Virus record (IMG/VR): IMGVR_UViG_2926493430_000001
Span: 3,023-67,022 of that record
Direction: 5' to 3' (one strand)
Length of the DNA: 64,000 nt
Source: a virus
Taxonomy: Duplodnaviria > Caudoviricetes
Shown here: piece after piece, positions 57,954 through 64,000 of the stretch
Layout of the letters: every line of letters starts with the position of its first letter
How positions within the stretch are numbered: the stretch's first letter is position 1
Notes under the pieces: model-generated
Seen by the model: only the letters and a program-made list of their open reading frames with translations
What the model was told of the DNA's origin: nothing
Database searches by the model: none
Made by a program: the position numbers and the translations under genes

Positions 57954-57975
57954 AGGTATTAAGTTCGAAAATAAC

Positions 57976-58012
57976 AGTGGCACAGCAGCACTTAATAAGT
58001 TGTGTCACTTTT
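57976..58012 (+). terminator. Hairpin after the immunity operon
   Basis: AGTGGCACAGC...GTTGTGTCACT followed by TTT. Confidence 0.6.
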
Positions 58013-58102
58013 GTATATTACCGCATTAAAGTGAGTAGGTTAAAAAAAGCTACCCGCCAAGCTGCCAAATTAGACAGCCCAGCGGGTAATAACTAAAATT
58101 CC

Positions 58103-58876
58103 CTACTCTTTATAATTCTTCTCAAACCGCCATGCATCCCGACACATAGCAATAATGTCACGCTTTGCTGTCCACCCTAGTTCCTGCTTTGCTTTTGAAG
58201 CATCAGCATAGCAGGCAGCGATATCCCCCGGTCGTCGATCCACGATTTCATAAGGAACGTCAACATCATTCGCTTCTTCAAATGCCTTCACCAATTCCAG
58301 GACACTCGTGCCTTTGCCCGTGCCCAGGTTATACACATGCACACCTTCAGTCAGGTTCTCCAGTGCAGCAACGTGGCCTTCTGCAAGATCCACTACATGA
58401 ATGTAGTCACGGACACCCGTGCCGTCTACTGTCGGGTAGTCCGCGCCAAACACACGCAGCTTCTCTCGTTTGCCGGTTGCTACTTGCGTTATATAGGGCA
58501 TGAGGTTATTTGGAATACCGTTCGGTTCTTCACCGATTAATCCGCTTTCGTGGGCACCTACTGGGTTGAAATAGCGCAGGATCGACACGGAAAAAGCAGG
58601 GTTGGCATGGGCGATGTCCGTTAAAATCCGTTCACTCATCGCTTTTGTTTCACCGTATGGGTTTGTTGTTGGTGAGAGAGCCATTGTTTCTGTAAATGGT
58701 GCTTTGTTATCTCCATACACGGTGGCTGATGAGCTGAAGACGAATCGGTTGACCTCATGTTTCTGGCAAGCTTTTGTGAGAACCATTGTGCTGACGATGT
58801 TGTTGTAATAGTAGTCGAGCGGTTTTTCCACTGACTCGCCGACTGCTTTTAGGACGGCGAAGTGGATGACGCCGTC
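58103..58876 (-). pseudogene. galE: 5'-truncated UDP-glucose 4-epimerase
   Basis: Frame begins at DGVIHFAVLKAVGES; NAD-binding GxxGxxG region is missing; YGETK and LRYFNP are present. Confidence 0.88.
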
Positions 58877-59170
58877 GCAGTGTCATTCCGGTGAACACCT
58901 TGCTATTTTAGAACACCGGAAAAACGTGTACGAGCAGGCGAGATTGAAACGCCCAGAACGCTGGTCCAGAGCCTCCCGAAACTGGACGGCGAAGGAATTC
59001 GTTGCGTTGAACCCAGTCAAAGAGACAGAAGTACCAAAACCGTAATGCCTAGTTTGATCCTTACAGCCTGTTCGTGAAACGGGCTGTAAGGCCACCAAGC
59101 GGAAGCGCAGTAGAAACACGCACTTTTTTGTAGGTTTTTTATGAAGCAAAATGCGACAACTATATTGACA
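58866..59170 (+). mobile_element. IS remnant (3' end of an IS3-like transposase plus terminal region)
   Basis: Reads TPSQCHSGEHLAILEHRKNVYEQARLKRPERWSRASRNW...LNP, stop at 59045; hairpin 59059-59091; candidate end GACAACTATATTGACA. Confidence 0.65.
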
Positions 59171-59194
59171 AACACCGCCCTTAAATCACCTTAT

Positions 59195-61447
59195 TTAAAG
59201 TAGCTTACGCAATTCATCTATTGCTTCAATGTCGTCTTTATTCAATAAAAATTTATTCTCCAATTGTCTACTTGCTTCGTTAAAATATTGATCCATCTTT
59301 CCTATTGCTGCTATTTCCAGCGCTAAAAATCGGTATATTTTTTCCTCTGGATTTTGTCGAACGAGGAACTCTACTGTTTTAATGGCGTCATCATGATACT
59401 CTAGCCTAGACAAAGCTATGGCTCGATTCATAATTAATACGTTCTGGTTCCAATCAATTCGGATAGCCCCATTTGCAACAGCCTCATAAAAATGTTTGGC
59501 TTTCTTCTCATCCTTGATGGACAATTCGTCACCAATTAATATAGCTACTTTTCCATAGTTATGGAGATCAATACATTTTAAAATATCTTTTACCTTTTCC
59601 TCATCCACATTCGTTTGTCTCAGCAATCTAGGAATATACCTTTGCAAACAGTTAATAAGTTGAGGGAAATAGGTGGCCTTGGTATATTTTTCGTAATATA
59701 TTACAAAACCCTGCTCTAAATACATTGAACTTAATAATGTCAAGGAAACTAAAATTTTATTTTGTACTGTTAGCTTATCTAATTGCTGTAAAAGAAAGCT
59801 ACTAAAGTCTACCTCATCTCCAGAATGTCTCCCTAATCCATTAATCCTTCGAATGCCATTATGCTTAGCATCAATTAAAGCCAACGAATAAAATGCCACT
59901 CTGGCAACTAAGGGATCATTCGAGTTGGTATTTTTCTTAAGCAACTCTATGATATCCATCTCATACACATCAGAAATTTCACCGAACATGTCCAGTAATA
60001 ATAACTTTCCTTCACGATTACTAATATCAGTACTCATCTGATAGAGTAATGTAGATAGAATATGAGATGTACCGATATTGTTCGATTTAATTATTCGGTG
60101 TAGAACTCTTATAGTAAGTAAATCATGCTGATTCTCTCTCAGTTTGTTTTCTATAAATTGGTGCACAATTCGATATTCAGGGTATTCATAACGAGTTGCA
60201 TGCAACCCTATCGGAATTTCTCTTTGCCAAGAGGAGATTGCTTCCGAAGAATAAAATGCACGACCAAAGTAGTCAAGTGCATTGCCATCATCCTTCCCCT
60301 CTAGTAATAATGTATCCCAAATATCACTCATCGCCTCATATGTATAAGGTAAAGGTGTAAAGCTCTTTGCTGGAATAGACGAACTATCATAAGCCTTTTC
60401 CGGCTGACCAGTTGTCTCAATTGCATCTGGAATAGGTGTTGGGCCCAGTTGACTGATCTTTAGGGTTTGATCCGTCCTACATACACGCTGAAACAATTGC
60501 AACATGTCTTGAAAAAGAAAATAAAGATCATTTGGATTTAATGCATCGAACTGTGTAAGTAGTGTCTTCATTGAAGAATTCGAGTCAATATGTGCACCAA
60601 TTATGTTACGGATTCCCCTGAATCTTTCTACTTCGACTAAAATCTTCATATCACTCTTTACTTTATCGAAAATTGCAACAGCCTCTTGTAAGCTATGTCT
60701 CTCCACCACAGTATCTAACCCGTCCATATATTGCTTTGAAGAAGTCGATATGTTACGTGTAAACAAGGTATCTGCAAAACTAATAATATCTACTAATACT
60801 AATGTTTTGAAAATTAATCTGAGATCTTGTTGTGAAATTCGACTGAGAACATTTAGTTCATAGTCAATGATTATCTTAAGAGAATTGAGTATCGCAGGCT
60901 TTACATGAAGCTCGTGTGTATTTATCGCTGAAACAGTATTATAACGGCTTAAGGCAAGAATATCGGTTCCCATCATGGGTCTTTTCTCAAGATCATGCTG
61001 CTCTGATATTTCTTTAAAAACAGCCATATCTTTCTCTTCCAATGTATATTTTTTACGTTGTCCAGGTACGAGAAGGTCAGTTATTTCTTCAGCAAGATCG
61101 AAAAAAAATATCATCTTGTCCGCTTGAATCTCACTCCAAAGTTGGATTCTTTCAAAATAATCCTCGTCTTTAAAATGACCGCCAAACTTATTACGTTGAT
61201 CTTCAAGATATTCTTGGTAAAGATTAGAAAGTGTATTTAACTCTTCTTTCACCTTGGCATGATCTGCTTTTGAGCGATTTCCCTTCGTCTCGTTATTTAC
61301 CATACGAGCATATCTAATGAAATCAGGAAGTCGAATCAAAATTATTCGAGAAATGACTCTCTTGAAAAAACTACTATTTTTAATAGAAAGAATAGAATTA
61401 GCAACTTGCATGTTCCTTAGTGCATACATCATTTTTTCCAAAGCCAT
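59195..61447 (-). CDS. 750-aa protein with two HEPN-like motifs and helical-repeat C-terminus (candidate defence RNase)
   Basis: RNKFGGH and RNIIGAH (Rx5H); HEAT/TPR-like C-terminal half; GGAGG RBS. Confidence 0.6.
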   Translation of the reverse strand: MALEKMMYALRNMQVANSILSIKNSSFFKRVISRIILIRLPDFIRYARMVNNETKGNRSKADHAKVKEELNTLSNLYQEYLEDQRNKFGGHFKDEDYFERIQLWSEIQADKMIFFFDLAEEITDLLVPGQRKKYTLEEKDMAVFKEISEQHDLEKRPMMGTDILALSRYNTVSAINTHELHVKPAILNSLKIIIDYELNVLSRISQQDLRLIFKTLVLVDIISFADTLFTRNISTSSKQYMDGLDTVVERHSLQEAVAIFDKVKSDMKILVEVERFRGIRNIIGAHIDSNSSMKTLLTQFDALNPNDLYFLFQDMLQLFQRVCRTDQTLKISQLGPTPIPDAIETTGQPEKAYDSSSIPAKSFTPLPYTYEAMSDIWDTLLLEGKDDGNALDYFGRAFYSSEAISSWQREIPIGLHATRYEYPEYRIVHQFIENKLRENQHDLLTIRVLHRIIKSNNIGTSHILSTLLYQMSTDISNREGKLLLLDMFGEISDVYEMDIIELLKKNTNSNDPLVARVAFYSLALIDAKHNGIRRINGLGRHSGDEVDFSSFLLQQLDKLTVQNKILVSLTLLSSMYLEQGFVIYYEKYTKATYFPQLINCLQRYIPRLLRQTNVDEEKVKDILKCIDLHNYGKVAILIGDELSIKDEKKAKHFYEAVANGAIRIDWNQNVLIMNRAIALSRLEYHDDAIKTVEFLVRQNPEEKIYRFLALEIAAIGKMDQYFNEASRQLENKFLLNKDDIEAIDELRKLL

Positions 61448-61471
61448 TCACGAAACCTCCCTTTTGACAAT

Positions 61472-61602
61472 GTCATTTTCTTAGGATGGGCTTCCAGCAG
61501 TGTTCAATCCAATAAAACCAAAGTTAGATGTCAATCCTGTGTTTACTGAATCCGTTTAGTTCCCCAAATAACACTGGGGAAAGTTCATCCTAATGAAATG
61601 AC
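61472..61602. repeat. Imperfect ~33-bp inverted repeat enclosing ~65 bp
   Basis: GTCATTTTCTTAGGATGGGCTTCCAGCAGTGTT pairs with AACACTGGGGAAAGTTCATCCTAATGAAATGAC. Confidence 0.75.
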
Positions 61603-61681
61603 TGTTTACTTTATATAGCCCAGCTGGAACCTAGATGTATATGTTAATCATCTATATTGAAAAGGGAGCGTGCACCAGCCA

Positions 61682-61792
61682 CTACTCCCTATACCCCTTC
61701 TCAAATCGCCAAGCATCTCGGCACATGGCAATAAGGTCTCGTTTAGCTGTCCAGCCAAGTTCTCGTTCAGCCTTGGAAGCATCAGCAAAGCA
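61682..61792 (-). pseudogene. galE: Second galE 3'-end remnant (36 codons)
   Basis: CFADASKAERELGWTAKRDLIAMCRDAWRFEKGYRE*, close to the end of 58103-58876. Confidence 0.85.
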
Positions 61793-61800
61793 TGAAATAA

Positions 61801-62790
61801 TTATTTTGTTAAGTAGCCATTTGGATTATTCTTATGCCAATTCCATGCATCAGTTATGATTTTCTCTAATGAATCAAACTGCGGTCTCCAACCTAAGACA
61901 CGTTTTGCTTTCTCAGATGAAGCAATTAAAATTGCCGGATCTCCCGCTCTTCTCTCTTTTACTTCTGCTGGAATTGGATGATTCGTCACTTTTCTTGCTA
62001 CATCAATTACTTCTTTGACTGAGTAACCATTTCCGTTACCTAAATTAAAAATTTCACTTGGATTACCTTTTCTTAAGTATTCTAATGATTGATAATGAGC
62101 AGAAGCTAAGTCCATTACATGAATATAATCCCTAATACATGTACCATCTTCTGTAGAATAATCATCTCCGAACATATAAATCCTATCTCTCTGACCAAGT
62201 GGTACTTGTAAAATCAAAGGAATAAGATGTGTTTCTGGATCATGATCTTCTCCAATATTTCCGCTTTCATTTGCTCCTGCAGCGTTAAAATATCTTAAAG
62301 ATGCATATTTAATTCCGTAACCTTGATCAAACCACTTCATCATCTTTTCCATTGCTAATTTTGTCTCACCATAAGTGTTCGTAGGATTGGTTTCATTTTC
62401 TTCAAGGATTGGGATATTCTTAGGTTCCCCATAGGTAGCTGCTGTTGATGAAAATACAATCTTGCCCACATTATTTTCTTGCATAACATCCAAAAGACAC
62501 ATCATTCCATACACATTGTTATGGTAATATTCATACGGCTTTTCCATACTTTCGCCAACTAAAGAGTTAGCTGCAAAGTGAATCACCGCCTCAATATTAT
62601 GATTCTTAAAGACCCTGTCTAAAGCTACCTTATCTCTTAGATCTATCTCGTAAAAATGCTCAACATCAATAGATTTTCTATGACCACTCTGCAAATTATC
62701 AACAACAACAACATCTTCATTTTGTTCTAAAAAATATTTAACTGTATGGGAGCCAATATACCCCGCTCCACCAGTTATTAGTATGGACAC
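61801..62790 (-). CDS. galE: UDP-glucose 4-epimerase
   Basis: TGGAGYIGSH, FSSTAA, YGETK, LRYFNAAGA. Confidence 0.95.
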   Translation of the reverse strand: MSILITGGAGYIGSHTVKYFLEQNEDVVVVDNLQSGHRKSIDVEHFYEIDLRDKVALDRVFKNHNIEAVIHFAANSLVGESMEKPYEYYHNNVYGMMCLLDVMQENNVGKIVFSSTAATYGEPKNIPILEENETNPTNTYGETKLAMEKMMKWFDQGYGIKYASLRYFNAAGANESGNIGEDHDPETHLIPLILQVPLGQRDRIYMFGDDYSTEDGTCIRDYIHVMDLASAHYQSLEYLRKGNPSEIFNLGNGNGYSVKEVIDVARKVTNHPIPAEVKERRAGDPAILIASSEKAKRVLGWRPQFDSLEKIITDAWNWHKNNPNGYLTK

Positions 62791-62899
62791 GACTATCTCA
62801 CCGCCTTTCAAAATCCTTATCAATCAGGAGAAAATTTTTATTATATAATTAATTACCTTAGTAAGAAGCGAATAGAATCCAAAGCTGTCTTTTTCTATC

Positions 62900-64000
62900 T
62901 TATACAGAAAATTCTCTATCAACCGCTACAAGTGCTGCCCCGATTACTTGATGCATATCATAGTATTTATAAGTAGCCAATCTCCCTCCAAAGATAATGT
63001 TATCTTCCTTTTCAGCTAGTTCTTTATATTTTGCATATATCTGATTATTCCTATTGTCATTTATTGGATAATATGGCTCATCACCCTTCTCCCACTCTTT
63101 TGGATATTCTTTCGTTATTACAGTTTTTTCTTGGGTACCGAATTCAAAATGTTTATGTTCTATAACTCGGGTATACGCTGTTTCTCTATCAGTATAATTA
63201 ACAACTGCATTTCCTTGATAATTTTCTATATCAAGTACTTCATTCTCAAATTTTAAACTTCTATAATCTAATTGTCCAAATTGATAATCATAGAATTCGT
63301 CAATCATACCTGTAAATACTATTTTCTTAGCTTTCCCTTCTAATTCATCTCTATTTGCAAAGAAGTCCGTATTTAATTGCACATCTACACCTTTAAGCAT
63401 TTTTTCAATGATTACGTTATATCCCCCAATCGGAATACCTTGATATTTATCATTGAAATAATTGTTATCATAAGTAAACCTAACTGGTAACCTCTTTATA
63501 ATAAAGGAAGGTAATTCTTTAGCAGACCTCCCCCATTGTTTCTCAGTGTACCCCTTAACAAGTTTCTCATAAATATCAGTACCGACTAATGAGATAGCTT
63601 GTTCTTCTAAATTATTAGGCTCAGCTATTCCAGCTTCTTTTTTTTGTTCTTCAATCATATTTTTAGCCTCTTGTGGAGTAATAACACCCCAAAGCTTATT
63701 AAAAGTATTCATATTAAATGGTAAATTGTATATTTCACCTTTATAATTTGCAACAGGAGAATTTGTGTATCTATTAAACTCTGTAAAACTATTAACATAA
63801 TCCCATATCTTCTTGTTATTTGTATGGAAAATATGTGCACCATATTTATGAACATTAATACCCTCTATGTTTTCAGTATACACATTTCCACCAACATGAT
63901 TTCTTCTGTCAATAACGATACACTTTTTACCTCTTTTTGTAGCTTCATATGCAAATACTGATCCAAACAGGCCAGCGCCAACAATCAAATAATCATACAT
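62900..64000 (-). CDS. glf: UDP-galactopyranose mutase
   Basis: GAGLFG, HKYGAHIFHT, EPYYP, GRLATYKYYDM. Confidence 0.96.
   Translation of the reverse strand: MYDYLIVGAGLFGSVFAYEATKRGKKCIVIDRRNHVGGNVYTENIEGINVHKYGAHIFHTNNKKIWDYVNSFTEFNRYTNSPVANYKGEIYNLPFNMNTFNKLWGVITPQEAKNMIEEQKKEAGIAEPNNLEEQAISLVGTDIYEKLVKGYTEKQWGRSAKELPSFIIKRLPVRFTYDNNYFNDKYQGIPIGGYNVIIEKMLKGVDVQLNTDFFANRDELEGKAKKIVFTGMIDEFYDYQFGQLDYRSLKFENEVLDIENYQGNAVVNYTDRETAYTRVIEHKHFEFGTQEKTVITKEYPKEWEKGDEPYYPINDNRNNQIYAKYKELAEKEDNIIFGGRLATYKYYDMHQVIGAALVAVDREFSV

Larger units (their letters stand above)
700..58030. mobile_element. Prophage (HK97-type head, long non-contractile tail, cos packaging, serine-recombinase integration module); both ends approximate
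   Basis: Full ordered set of immunity, replication, packaging, head, tail, lysis and recombinase modules; att sites not identified, left end could be ~700 or ~2950. Confidence 0.9.

Noticed and set aside
57954-58102. Prophage attachment site matching the left end
   Set aside because: No convincing repeat with 676-870 or 2890-3008 found by eye; serine recombinase cores can be only 2 bp, so the ends stay approximate
119-63000. Numerous short ORFs antisense to long genes (for example 119-334, 3321-3680, 29815-30222, 38144-38575) and 8038-8259, 22120-22425, 45199-45438, 58883-59149
   Set aside because: Shadow frames of real genes, or frames crossing att, cos or IS sequence; no RBS or recognisable motifs
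1-64000. tRNA, rRNA or known riboswitch genes
   Set aside because: None recognised by eye; a covariance-model scan would be needed to exclude them

Overview
Low-GC Firmicutes (Bacillaceae-like) DNA. Most of the window (~0.7-58.0 kb) is an apparently complete HK97-type cos siphoprophage read mainly on the minus strand: immunity switch (Cro/repressor/ImmA-IrrE-type protease), replication (PolA, SSB-like, Cas4-like, VapE, SNF2, VRR-NUC), HNH-cos-methylase-terminase, head, tail, lysis, and an operon of large serine recombinases. Nested inside it is a 14,315-bp phage satellite (PICI-like: tyrosine integrase, repressor, primase-helicase, iteron origin, a capsid-protein paralog lacking the scaffold region, a copy of the prophage cos region, membrane cargo). 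The satellite is bounded by an 8-bp direct repeat TTCTCGAA (8006-8013 and 22321-22328) and sits inside the prophage's second serine recombinase gene; precise excision would restore one 551-codon reading frame. The satellite integrase and the prophage recombinase operon share the same upstream motif (ATCACTC-N14-AGCAAG on +, six copies in total). Accessory and defence candidates include a RelA/SpoT-type toxin-antitoxin-like pair, a single-HEPN protein, a tandem-HEPN 750-aa protein behind a long hairpin, and a stand-alone zinc-ribbon protein with an SSB-like acidic tail. The right end is the tail of a polysaccharide locus (glf, galE, two galE remnants, an IS remnant). The left end is a 5'-truncated paralog of the split recombinase. 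All product calls come from motif recognition by eye; no database searches were run.
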